This document shows, piece by piece, positions 1 to 12,864 of a stretch of 64,000 nt of DNA. The notes below the pieces were generated by a model that was not told the DNA's origin, did no database searches, and was given only the letters and a program-made list of their open reading frames with translations. Numbering within the stretch: the stretch's first letter is position 1; every line of letters starts with the position of its first letter. Source of the stretch: Eledone cirrhosa (taxonomy: Eukaryota); assembly GCA_964016885.1 (NCBI GenBank), contig OZ024757.1, positions 43,400,001 through 43,464,000 of the forward strand. The letters run 5' to 3'. The position numbers were made by a program, and so were the translations under genes.

Positions 1-40
1 AAAAAATAACACTACTGTCATAACAAATATCGTCCGCACC

Positions 41-43
<3 letters not shown>
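1..43 (+). mobile_element. Right terminal inverted repeat of a third maT-family copy (window edge)
   Basis: ACAAATATCGTCCGCACCCTG followed by TA matches the TIR ending at 25084. Confidence 0.75.
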
Positions 44-75
<32 letters not shown>

Positions 76-219
76 CATATACATATATACATAACCCATG
101 CTCCAACTGTCTGGCGGGTTTTCTACGGCTGGATGCCCTTCCTAACACCAAGCATATACTTATATATACATATACATATATATATATATACATATACATA
201 TATATATATATACATATAC

Positions 220-250
<31 letters not shown>

Positions 251-251
251 C

Positions 252-297
<46 letters not shown>

Positions 298-345
298 ACA
301 TATATATACATATACATACATATATATACATATACATATATATAC

Positions 346-638
346 AATATGCCCCCACACGCCCCACTGCAAGGTGGTCGTGGAAGTGCCACGGCAAAAA
401 AGCACCCAGCCCACACTGTAAAGTGGACGTGTAGGCACCACGGAAAATCACCCAGCACTCACTGTAAATGAGGTTAGTGTTAGGAAGGGCATCCAGCTGT
501 AGAAATCAAGCCAAATCAGTTCCTGTATGAGCAAGGCATGGTCAGCCGACCAGACACTGCCCACAACAGGACAACCCGTCTAACCCATGCTAGCGTGGAA
601 GAACGGATGTAAAACGGTGATGATGATGATGATGATGA
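346..638 (+). mobile_element. 3'-UTR fragment of RTE lineage C with (GAT)n tail (other copies 16852-17190 -, 57025-57358 +)
   Basis: Near-identical to the sequence after the RTE ORF end at 11167-11500. Confidence 0.8.
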
Positions 639-657
639 TATCTCTCTCTATATATAC

Positions 658-691
<34 letters not shown>

Positions 692-692
<1 letters not shown>

Positions 693-2270
693 AGAAGTTT
701 ATGAAATGGAAATGCGGGTATACAGAATTTATCAGGTAACAATTGTTTCTATAGTGTATGGGTTACCTATATCTCGCTATTTGAATAATATAAAAATATT
801 ATCATAAACCGAAGGTACACTGTAAGCAAACACACCATTTCGTCAGACCTTTGTATTGGAATGATATGAAAATATTTTATACACTAGATAAAAGATAAAG
901 AAGGAGGTAGGAAGAGAAGTGGAAGAGGGAAGTGAGTAAGGTGGAGGGAGTCTTAGGATTTAAGACTGTCAGACTAGTAGAGATTGTAAGGAGAGAATGT
1001 TTTGGCAGCAGTTAGCTTAATTAGGCGTGTTAGGGTTGGCGGGGGAAGTAAATTCTTCTAGTGGTGTTGTTCGGACAAAATTTAGTTAAAGGGGTCAAAG
1101 TGGTACAGTGTCACAGACAAGTTATTGGTGCTATTATAGTAGCAGGTTATTTCTAAAGGGGTCCACAAAACATAAAAATAATTGTAACTGCACCAAACCA
1201 GGTACGTGCCCACTGAATAACCAGTGCCTAGCACGCAATATTGTCTACCGATGTACAATAAATTCCGGAACCAACAAATGGTATTACGTCGGATGTACCG
1301 CAACTTCTTTCAAGGCTCGCCTATACCAACATCGATCTTCGATCAGGCACGAGAAAATGCGCTCCGTAACAACCCTCGCCGATAAAGCCTGGCAGCTCCA
1401 GAGGAACAATCAAGCATTCTCCCTTGATTGGCAAATTATTGCAACTGCGCCTGCATATAAGCAAAATCATTGATTCTGCAAGTTATGCAATTTGGAGATA
1501 TACTGCATTTTAACGTCGGTAAACAAACTTTTGAACAGCAAAATTGAACGTTCTCTATACTGTAACCATCGTTTGAAAACGACTTTTTCTTTTTTTTAAA
1601 TGCATATAATGTTACCTTTTTACACCACCGTTTGCAAATTTCTGTTTTATATGTTTATACACAAGATATGGCTTTCTATAATAATAATACTAAACACTGT
1701 TTTCTGGACCCCTTTAGAAATAACCTGCTACTATAATAGCCCCAATAACTTGTCTTTGACACTGTACCACTTTAACTAAATTTTGTCCGAACAACACCAC
1801 TAGAAGAATTTACTTCCCCCGCCAACCCTAACACGCCTCATTAAGCTAACTGCTGCCAAAACATTCTCTCCTTACAATCTCTACTAGTCTGACAGTCTTA
1901 AATCCTAAGACTCCCTCCACCTTACTCACTTCCCTCTTCCACTTCTCTTCCTACCTCCTTCTTTATCTTTTATCTAGTGTATAAAATATTTTCATATCAT
2001 TCCAATACAAAGGTCTGACGACATGGTGTGTTTGATTACAGTGTACCTTCGGTTTATGATATTTTTATATTATTCAAATAGCGAGGTATAGGTAACCCAT
2101 ACACTATAGAAACAATTGTTACCTGATAAATTCTGTATACCCGCATTTCCATTTCATAAACTTCTTCTCCATATTTTCTCCGGATTTTAAAACACACTTT
2201 ATTATACGTTGAGCAATCTCTGACGTCGGTTGACTCCATCCAATGCAACTACTTAGTAGCATTGGAATAC
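692..2270 (+). mobile_element. Penelope-like element: GIY-YIG endonuclease 3' end between inverted pseudo-LTRs
   Basis: CNC..CPL..CL..NIVY..YVG..FKAR..H..CKLC in 1108-1600 with one TGA; about 692-1165 is the reverse complement of about 1704-2167. Confidence 0.88.
2011..2124 (+). ncRNA. Type I hammerhead ribozyme-like motif in the Penelope pLTR (inverted copy 734-850 -)
   Basis: AGGT-CTGACGA-[stem II with long loop]-GAAAC-AATT-GT-T-ACCT. Confidence 0.68.
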
Positions 2271-2275
2271 AAATT

Positions 2276-2312
<37 letters not shown>

Positions 2313-2359
2313 TACATATATATATATATATAGAGAGAGAGAGAGGGAGATACGTATAT

Positions 2360-2790
2360 ATTGCTGTAGTGGAGTCTGTGCTGCTGTACGGGTCTGAGAC
2401 TTGGACACTGACCAAGAAACTCACTCAGATGGTGGATGGGTGCTACACGAGAATGCTGAGGATGGCTCTGAACATTAATCAGTATACACAGAGGTTGAAA
2501 AACTTAGAGCTGTATGGGATCCTCCCAAAAGTCCGCTCAAAATTGACACAGAGGAGACTGAGGTTAGCTGGACATGCTCACCGACATCCAGAGTTGACAT
2601 TGCACTCAGTGCTCCTGTGGCAGCCCCTACATAGACACACTGGAAGAGGAAGACCAAGGTTAACGTATGTTGATGCCCTAAGGACAGACACTAGTCTGTT
2701 GGAGTCGCAGGACATGGCAGCGATAATGAGGGACAGAGACCGCTGGAGAGAACTCGTCCATGGATCTCGGGAATTTTACCCGCCCTAGAA
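2360..2790 (+). mobile_element. RTE-type LINE 3' fragment, lineage D (copies 26511-26960 +, 55327-55763 rearranged, 58722-58953 +)
   Basis: VESVLLYGSETW...QRRLRLAGH...GRPRLTYVD...DRDRWR. Confidence 0.8.
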
Positions 2791-2959
2791 AATAGAAAAA
2801 AATATGTGTATATATATGTATATATATATATGTGAAAACCCGCCAGACAGTCCTATGCGAGCAAGTGGGAAAACTCCCGTCCAAACCCATGCAAGCGTGG
2901 AACATGGACGTTAAACGATGATGATGATGATGATGATATATATATATATATATATATCA

Positions 2960-3741
2960 TCATCTGAGTGCATCTAACAACATCAGAGACTTGGGAGTAA
3001 CCGTGGACAGCAACATAAGCTGGACCACGCATATAAGCAGCAAAGTTGACATGGCCCGCAGAATGTGTTCCTGGATCCTCAGAACCTTCCAGTCGAGAGA
3101 TTCCCGCACCATTATCCTTCTCTTCTCTACTTTCGCCCGACCACACCTTGAATACTGTTGTCCACTGTGGTCTCCCCACACGAAACAAAGTATCATGAAA
3201 CTTGAAGCTCCTCAAAGGGCAATCACGAAAAAGATAGATGGCATGTCAGACCTTGACTACTGGGGTCGATTGGAAAACCTGAAACTTTACTCACTCCAAC
3301 GTCGCCGTGAGCGTTATATTATCTGCATGATGTGGAAAATGTTCCATCATCACTGCCCAAATGATGTTGGCATCGCCTTCAAGATACACCCAAGGCTTGG
3401 GCCCCGTGCTATCCGTCCCATTCAAAAATCTAAATCGCAACTCATAACAACAATACGGCACAATTATTTCACCTCAATCGGCCCTGCTCTCTTCAACATC
3501 ACACCAGGACACGTCAAAACAGAAACTGACCACACAAAATTCAAGAAGTCTTTGGACAAATTCCTCCAAGTAATCCCGGACAAACCACCCACACCCGGAT
3601 ATGTCTCCGCAAACAGTAATTCTCTTCTCGAATGGGCCATGGTGCCCAAATCCTGAATTGAAAGACTTCGCCAGGTGGTGCTATTAAGTTAGACATGGCC
3701 TGGGCCAATACTGGCCAAAACATTTCAAAGTTATTCAAAGT

Positions 3742-3742
<1 letters not shown>
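2960..3742 (+). mobile_element. 5'-truncated CR1/L2-group LINE
   Basis: LGVTVDSNISW..HI, RPHLEYCCPLWSP, RLENLKLYSLQRRR; short ATT(T)CAAAGTT tandem at the 3' end. Confidence 0.88.
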
Positions 3743-3791
<49 letters not shown>

Positions 3792-5263
3792 TGTGTATAT
3801 ATATAGATATAGATATATAGATATATATGTATATATATATATATATATGTGTATATATATAGATATAGATATATAGATATATATGTATATATATAGATAT
3901 ATATGTGTATATATATAGATATAGATATATAGATATATATGTATATATATATATATATATGTGTATATATATAGATATAGATATATAGATATATATGTAT
4001 ATATATATATATATATGTGTATATATATAGATATAGATATATATATATATATGTATATATATAGATATAGATATATATATATATATGTATATATATAGAT
4101 ATATATATGTATATATATATATATATGTGTATATATATAGATATAGATATATATATATATATGTATATATATAGATATATATATGTATATATATATGTAT
4201 ATATATAGATATATATATGTATATATATATATATATATAGATATATATATATATATGTATATATATAGATATATATATGTATATATATATATATATGTGT
4301 ATATATATAGATATAGATATATATATATATATGTATATATATAGATATATATATATATGTATATATATAGATATATATATGTATATATATATATATATGT
4401 GTATATATATAGATATATATATGTATATATATATATATATATGTGTATATATATAGATATATATATGTATATATATATATATATGTGTATATATATAGAT
4501 ATATATATGTATATATATATATATATGTGTATATATATAGATATATATATGTATATATATATATATATGTGTATATATATAGATATAGATATATATATAT
4601 ATATATATAGATATATATATATGTATCTATATAGATATGTATATATATATATATATGTGTATATATATAGATATAGATATATATATATATATATGTATCT
4701 ATATAGATATGTATATATATATATATATATGTATATATATAGATATGTATATGTATATATATAGATATGTATATGTATATATATAGATATGTATATGTAT
4801 ATATATATATATATCTATATATATATGTATATATATAGATATATATATATATATGTATATATATAGATATATATGTATATATATAGATATATATGTATAT
4901 ATATAGATATATATGTATATATATAGATATATATGTATATATATAGATATATATGTATAGATATATATGTATATATATATATGTATATATATAGATATAT
5001 ATGTATAGATATATATGTATATATATAGATATATATGTATATATATAGATATATATGTATATATATAGATATATATGTATAGATATATATGTATATATAT
5101 AGATATATATGTATATATATATATGTATATATATAGATATATATGTATATATATATATGTATATATATAGATATATATGTATATATATATATATATGTAT
5201 ATATATAGATATATATATATATGTATATATATAGATATATATATATATATGTATATATAGATA
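3743..5263. repeat. Compound (TA)n/TAGA/TATG microsatellite, 1.5 kb (similar arrays 10095-11165, 21855-22140, 46385-46795, 55765-55922)
   Basis: Seen directly. Confidence 0.98.
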
Positions 5264-5264
5264 T

Positions 5265-8200
5265 CATTTCTTTGCCTGCTGTCCGAACGAAAATCATGTA
5301 AACGTAAGGTACAGACTTCATCTCTCTCTCCTCTCTCTCTCTCATTTCGTATTTCAAGTCCAAATAGCCATTCTATCGCTAAAACAAACTACATTTTCTG
5401 TTCCTATTAAGTGCTAAATACGTTTAGGTTTTTGGACGTATTTAACTGAACAAATTTTGTATTTTTGTTAATCGCTTGTTAAATGCATAGACAAATCTCA
5501 ATCATTACCTTCTTGCTAGCTACCCAACACCCCTCCCTCCCACCCCCACACACCACCATTGCTATTACGTGGACCAATCATAAAACAGCCCCCACGTATC
5601 ACCAGTATTATTACGCGGACCAATCAGAAACCAGAGGCCTATACTATCGCTTGCCTGGTTGCCTTTCGATATACGATATATGATGGATGGATGGACTGCG
5701 GAATCCTGGAGAGTGGAGGTGAGAGAGAAAAATCTGGACGCTCAGCGACAATGCCAAAGATAAAGACAAATTCACCCCTTGGACGAGAATGCGAGCACTC
5801 CTCATTGTTTCGACCGCGGACGGCTAACATAACACCATCGCCCCCCGCCCCTCACCGCCCCCAACCCCCAAACGCAATCCAAAACTTCAGAGTTGGTACC
5901 ATAAATGTAGGCACCCTAAAGGGTCGCGCTAACGAGGTTGTAGAAATGCTTGAACGTAAGGAGGTCGATGTTTGTTGTATTCAAGAGACCAGGTGGAGGG
6001 GTGGGTCTGCTAGGTTCATTGAGGGTAAAAAACGTTGTTATAAGCTTTTCTGGGTGGGAAACGACGATGGGCTGGGTGGAGTAGGAATCATGGTAGCAGA
6101 AAAGTGGGCAGATAAGATAATAGACGTAAATAGAGTGAACGACAGAATAATTAAAATACGACTTGTCCTCAATAGAACTACGGTGACAGTAATACCTGCG
6201 TACGCACCCCAATCCGGACTGCCCGGCACTATAAAAGACAGATTCTATGAGACACTGATGCTAACTACCTCCCAAATATCCGACAGTGACTATATAATTA
6301 TCGCAGGCGACCTAAATGGTCACGTTGGACAACATTGTGACGGCTACGACGAAATCCATGGAGGCTATGGGTTTGGTACTAGAAATGAGGAAGGCTCCAG
6401 AATCCTGGAATTCTGTGATGCAAATAACCTAACTATCTGTAACACTAACTTCAAAAAACGTGACAATCACCTGATCACCTATAGATCCGGGGAACACACA
6501 AGCCAGGTAGATTATATCCTTACCAGAAGACGTGACAGAGTGTCTGTTGTTAACACTAAATCCCTCCCCCATGAAGAATGCACCTCCCAACATAGACTGA
6601 TAATTAGCGACCTCATAGTCAGGACGAGACGTACTCGACAACAGAAGAGGACTATCCTCAGGAGGAAAATATGGAAGTTAAAGGACCCCACAGCCAGGAA
6701 TAAATTTCAAAGCATATTACTTGATGCTTTCGACAGTAAGGAAGAACATTTAGAGTCGGACAATATAGAGGGAGAGTGGGAATTTCTGAAAGCAAACCTG
6801 CTGTTGGCGACAGACGAGGTCTGTGGCTGGAGCAGGCCTGTAGGCAGGAGGAGAGTAACATGGTGGTGGAACAGTAAGGTGGAGGGGTCAATTAAGGCCA
6901 AAAAGCAGGCTTGGAAAGTATGGCGGGATGGGGGAAGTAGAGAGGACTATCAAGTGGCCAGGAGGGAAGCTAGGAGACAAGTGTACTTAGCAAGAAGGGA
7001 AGCTGAGGAAAGAAAGTTCAAGCATGTTCTACAACGCGATGACCAAAAACGTGAGGTGTTCAGGATTGCTAGGCAATGCGTCAAGGAAAACCGTGATATT
7101 GTCGGGGAGAAGTGTGTACTAAACGACGATGGCACACTTGCCATCACCGACGCTGATAAGAAGGTAGCTTGGAAGTGTCACTATGAAAGGCTTCTAAATG
7201 AGGAGAATAATTGGGAGAAAGGCAGTCTCCCCCATATCGACCCAATAGAGGGACCAGCAGTGTTAGTCGAGGGGAGTATAATAAGTAAGGCAATCAAGGA
7301 TATGAAGACTGGTAAGGCGGCTGGGCCTTCGGAAATAGTTGCTGAGATGCTGAAGGCATCTGGCACGGTGGGACACACCATGGTCACCCGCATAGTTAAC
7401 CAAGTCGTACAAAACGGGGTTGTTCCGAAGGACTGGCATAGCAGCATCATCGTTAACTGTTATAAGGGTAAAGGAGACGCCCTAGATAGGAGTAACTATA
7501 GAGGCATTAAATTAATCGACCAGGTCATGAAGGTCACGGAAAGAGTAATAGCGCAGCTAATCAGAGAGAGAATTGACCTAGATGAAATGCAGTTCGGGTT
7601 TGTGTCAGGCAAAAGTACCACAGACGCTCTTTTCATAGTACGACAACTACAAGAGAAGTACCTAGCTAAAGGTAAACCCCTCTACTTAGCTTTTGTCGAC
7701 TTGGAGAAAGCCTTCGACAGAGTCCCCCGCTCCATTATCTGGTGGGCTCTTAGAAAACTAGGCGTTGACGAATGGCTTGTGAGGGCTATACAAGCCATGT
7801 ATAAAGAAACAGTCAGCAAGGTTAGAATTAACAACGAATATAGTGAAGAGTTTAGCGTAAAAGTCGGCGTCCATCAGGGCTCTGTTCTCAGTCCACTACT
7901 ATTTATTATTGCCCTTCAGGCCATAACAGAGGAGTTCAAGACAGGCTGCCCATGGGAACTCCTATACGCAGACGACCTGACACTCATAGCGGAATCAATG
8001 GCCGAGCTAGAGAAGAAATTCCAAACATGGAAGCACGGCCTAGAGTCAAAAGGACTTAAAATTAACCTGGCTAAGACCAAAGTACTAGTTTGTAGGAAAG
8101 AAAACAAGGCGGCGGTCCCTTCTGGGAAATGGTCGTGCTCGGTGTGTAGGAAAGGCGTAGGTAGAAACTCCATTTTATGTCCTAAATGCAAAGTATGGGT

Positions 8201-9313
8201 GCATAAAAGATGTAGTGGGATCACAGGTAGGCTAACTAAGAACATAGATTTTACATGTGGCCGGTGCTCTGGTGCAATAAGTAGCAGCAAGTGCCCACAA
8301 ACTACTAGCTCTTTCAATTGCGCAGAGGGTTCTATAGAAATAGTGGACAGCTTCCGTTACCTGGGCGATAAAATCAGCAGTGGGGGAGGGTGCTCTGAAA
8401 GTACTGTAGCTAGAGTCAGAACTGGTTGGAAAAAGTTCAGAGAGCTTATACCACTATTAGCTGCTAAAGGGTTCTCACTAAAAATGAAAGGCAGGTTGTA
8501 CGATGCCTGCATACGAACAGCAATGCTGCATGGCAGTGAGACCTGGGCATTGTGTGCAGAGGATATACGCAGACTAGAGAGGAACGAAGCTTGCATGCTC
8601 CGCTGGATGTGTAACAGTAATATACGTGAACGGCAAAGCATAAACGAACTAAGGAATAAATTAGAGATAAGAGGGATCAGATGTTGTTTACTCGAGAGAA
8701 GGCTACGTTGGTATGGACACGTGATGCGCATGAAAGTCGATAGCTGTATAACAAAGTGCAGGGCAATAAAGATAGACGGTAGTCACGGAATAGGCAGACC
8801 TAGAAAAACCTGGGACGAGCTGATAAACTCCGACATCACACACTTACACCTCTCCAAGACAATGTCACTGGACCGAGACCTTTGGCGGTACTCAGTAACA
8901 GAGAAGACCCGCCTTACCTAAATATATAGTAAAACCTACTCCAGCCAGTAGGCATCTCTAACAAATACACCCCGTCCCACCACCCCCACCCGATCCACAC
9001 CACCCCGTTCTATGTAAAGTTATGTTGGTGCCGCGCCATCGAGGCCGAAACAAATGAGATCGTGTAGGTGTCACGACAAAAAAACACACAGTCCACGCTG
9101 TAATGTGGCCGTGTAGGCAACACGGTAAAAACCTCCCAGACCCACACTGTAAATGTGGTTGGTGTTAGGAAGGGCATCCAACTGTAGAAAACCTGCCAGA
9201 CAGTCCTATGCGAGCAAGACAATCACTCTTGCCTCAAGTGGGACTACCCCCGTCCAAACCCATGCAAGCGTGGAACACGGACGTTAAACGCTGATGATGA
9301 TGATGATGATGAT
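5265..9313 (+). mobile_element. Apparently full-length RTE-clade LINE (lineage A)
   Basis: Single long ORF, modular 3' UTR and (GAT)n tail, inserted in a TA array; 5' boundary approximate. Confidence 0.92.
5691..8921 (+). CDS. RTE ORF: AP-endonuclease, reverse transcriptase and PHD-like finger
   Basis: Uninterrupted frame 5559-8921; GTINV, CIQETRW, GDLNGHVG, VDYIL, QFGF, FVDLEKAFDRV, GVHQGSVLSP, YADD (7965-7976). Start ATG uncertain (5691 or 5751). Confidence 0.93.
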   Translation: MDCGILESGGEREKSGRSATMPKIKTNSPLGRECEHSSLFRPRTANITPSPPAPHRPQPPNAIQNFRVGTINVGTLKGRANEVVEMLERKEVDVCCIQETRWRGGSARFIEGKKRCYKLFWVGNDDGLGGVGIMVAEKWADKIIDVNRVNDRIIKIRLVLNRTTVTVIPAYAPQSGLPGTIKDRFYETLMLTTSQISDSDYIIIAGDLNGHVGQHCDGYDEIHGGYGFGTRNEEGSRILEFCDANNLTICNTNFKKRDNHLITYRSGEHTSQVDYILTRRRDRVSVVNTKSLPHEECTSQHRLIISDLIVRTRRTRQQKRTILRRKIWKLKDPTARNKFQSILLDAFDSKEEHLESDNIEGEWEFLKANLLLATDEVCGWSRPVGRRRVTWWWNSKVEGSIKAKKQAWKVWRDGGSREDYQVARREARRQVYLARREAEERKFKHVLQRDDQKREVFRIARQCVKENRDIVGEKCVLNDDGTLAITDADKKVAWKCHYERLLNEENNWEKGSLPHIDPIEGPAVLVEGSIISKAIKDMKTGKAAGPSEIVAEMLKASGTVGHTMVTRIVNQVVQNGVVPKDWHSSIIVNCYKGKGDALDRSNYRGIKLIDQVMKVTERVIAQLIRERIDLDEMQFGFVSGKSTTDALFIVRQLQEKYLAKGKPLYLAFVDLEKAFDRVPRSIIWWALRKLGVDEWLVRAIQAMYKETVSKVRINNEYSEEFSVKVGVHQGSVLSPLLFIIALQAITEEFKTGCPWELLYADDLTLIAESMAELEKKFQTWKHGLESKGLKINLAKTKVLVCRKENKAAVPSGKWSCSVCRKGVGRNSILCPKCKVWVHKRCSGITGRLTKNIDFTCGRCSGAISSSKCPQTTSSFNCAEGSIEIVDSFRYLGDKISSGGGCSESTVARVRTGWKKFRELIPLLAAKGFSLKMKGRLYDACIRTAMLHGSETWALCAEDIRRLERNEACMLRWMCNSNIRERQSINELRNKLEIRGIRCCLLERRLRWYGHVMRMKVDSCITKCRAIKIDGSHGIGRPRKTWDELINSDITHLHLSKTMSLDRDLWRYSVTEKTRLT

Positions 9314-9711
9314 ATATATATATGTATATATATAGATATATAGATATATGTATATATATAGATATATATATATATGTATATATATAGATATATTAGAAAG
9401 ATCGAGTATCGAAAAATCGGCGCACGAGTTCACGATAAACGAAATTCGATATGAGCGGCAGAGGGCTCAATAATTCAGATGAATCAGAGCTATAACTATC
9501 GTTAAAATACCGTCACATATAGAACAAGTCTACAATCAACCATACGATTTAAAATCGATAAAGGAAGATTCGGGCCAAACAGATAAAAAATATCAATAAA
9601 ACAATACGTCAATAATTTAAATGAATGTAAAATCAATGTATAGATATATGTATATATATAGATATATATATATATGTATATATATAGATATATATATATA
9701 TGTATATATAT

Positions 9712-9750
<39 letters not shown>

Positions 9751-9753
<3 letters not shown>

Positions 9754-10094
9754 TCATTTCATCATTTCATTTTACGTCCGCTTTTTCCCTGCTGGCAAGG
9801 GTGGGACGGGAACTGATTTTGGCTTGATTTCTACAGCTGGATGCCCTTCCTAACACCAACCTCATTTACAGTGAGTGCTGGGTGCTTTTTTGCCGTGGCA
9901 CCTGCACGACCACTTTGCAGTGGAATGATAGGGACCCCAGTCCCTATCATCTCATTTCTACAGCTGAGTAAACTGGAGCAATGTGAAATAAAGTGTCTTG
10001 CTCAAGGAAACAACACATCACCCGGTCTGGGAATTGAACTCACAACCTTTCGATTGCAAGGCCAATGCTCTAACCACTAAGCCATGTGCCTCCA
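9751..10094 (-). mobile_element. tRNA-derived CORE-type SINE with RTE tail, copy 1
   Basis: A box TGGCTTAGTGG, B box GAGTTCAATTC, CORE-like CCTTGAGCAAGACACTT..CAGTTTACTCAGCTGTAGAAATG, RTE-derived tail. Confidence 0.9.
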
Positions 10095-10177
10095 TATATA
10101 TATATAGATATATAGATATATATATATATAGATATATATATATATAGATATATATATATATAGATATATATATATAT

Positions 10178-10260
<83 letters not shown>

Positions 10261-10607
10261 TATATATATATATAGATATATATATATAGATATATATATA
10301 TATATATATAGATATATATATATATAGATATATATATATATAGATATATATATATATAGATATATATATATATAGATATATATATAGATATATATATATA
10401 TATATATATATAGATATATATATATATAGATATATATATATATATATATAGATATATATATATATAGATATATATATATATATATATATAGATATATATA
10501 TATATAGATATATATATATATATAGATATATATATATATATAGATATATATATATATATATATATAGATATATATATAGATATATATATAGATATATATA
10601 TATATAA

Positions 10608-10757
<150 letters not shown>

Positions 10758-10766
10758 ATATGTATG

Positions 10767-10825
<59 letters not shown>

Positions 10826-10856
10826 GTATGTATATATATATATATATGTATGTATG

Positions 10857-10891
<35 letters not shown>

Positions 10892-10896
10892 GTATG

Positions 10897-10951
<55 letters not shown>

Positions 10952-10952
10952 A

Positions 10953-10991
<39 letters not shown>

Positions 10992-10992
10992 A

Positions 10993-11031
<39 letters not shown>

Positions 11032-11032
11032 A

Positions 11033-11808
<776 letters not shown>

Positions 11809-12008
11809 NNNNNNNNNNNNNNNNNNNNNNNNNNNNNNNNNNNNNNNNNNNNNNNNNNNNNNNNNNNNNNNNNNNNNNNNNNNNNNNNNNNNNNNNNNNN
11901 NNNNNNNNNNNNNNNNNNNNNNNNNNNNNNNNNNNNNNNNNNNNNNNNNNNNNNNNNNNNNNNNNNNNNNNNNNNNNNNNNNNNNNNNNNNNNNNNNNNN
12001 NNNNNNNN
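11809..12008. other. Assembly gap (200 N)
   Basis: Run of N. Confidence 1.
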
Positions 12009-12284
12009 TTTTCCTGTTCTCAACTCTCATGACAGTCGTCCATCACCCCCAGTCATACTTCTACTCCTGATGAAAGATTAATGTCCAATATGTCACATAT
12101 TTTTCTCTCTCTTTCCCCAAAGCGTGAAACTAATAAAACTAATAGTTTCTTCTATCTCTCTGTTTATCATTTTTTAAATATATATATATATATATAATGT
12201 ATAAAAATCAATACAATATAATTACCTCATTACCAGAGGTTTCCCAAATGAGGCGAATACGAAATAAACGGAAATGTCAATACT

Positions 12285-12332
<48 letters not shown>

Positions 12333-12562
12333 CCCAAATTAAATTAAGGGTGTCATGTCTGAGAGACAGGCGCCATATCCACTGTAGAATATATTCAAAG
12401 ATTCCAATGAATAGAATTTCTAGTTGATATAAATATATATATATATATATATATTTCATCATTATAATCACACTTTAACCTCCATTTTTCGATGGTAGCA
12501 TATGTACATATATATATATATGTTACCATATATCTATCTACACATATAGCATATATATGCTA

Positions 12563-12600
<38 letters not shown>

Positions 12601-12864
12601 ACACACACACATTACAATACAACAGAAGGAAACATAATAGTACCACTGATGATGTCACAGATGTGTGGCGGAAGAACTTTGATATATCTGTATTTTTAAC
12701 CATTGGTCCATCAATGATAAACATTGATTGTCAGATAAATCAACTCTGGAGATATAAAATATACAGAAGTGAAAACCAACCCAAACCGTGAGTGTGTTCT
12801 ATTATTATTTCTGGCAAGATTATAACAATATGACCCTCCGCAAATATAACAATACATATATATA

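Noticed and set aside
1471-1473. In-frame TGA in the Penelope GIY-YIG frame as possible selenocysteine (reported for some Penelope-like elements)
   Set aside because: It falls two residues before CKLC, not at a Cys position. CGA->TGA decay is simpler and no SECIS was identified.
9841-10080. Recurrent 79-aa [20 protein letters not shown]...
   Set aside because: It is the antisense frame of a young SINE; recurrence reflects copy identity, not protein-level selection.
12620-12750. Candidate terminal TEP exon
   Set aside because: No YDYY-type motif, stops in the needed frame, and it belongs to the repeat family also at about 52700 and 61130.
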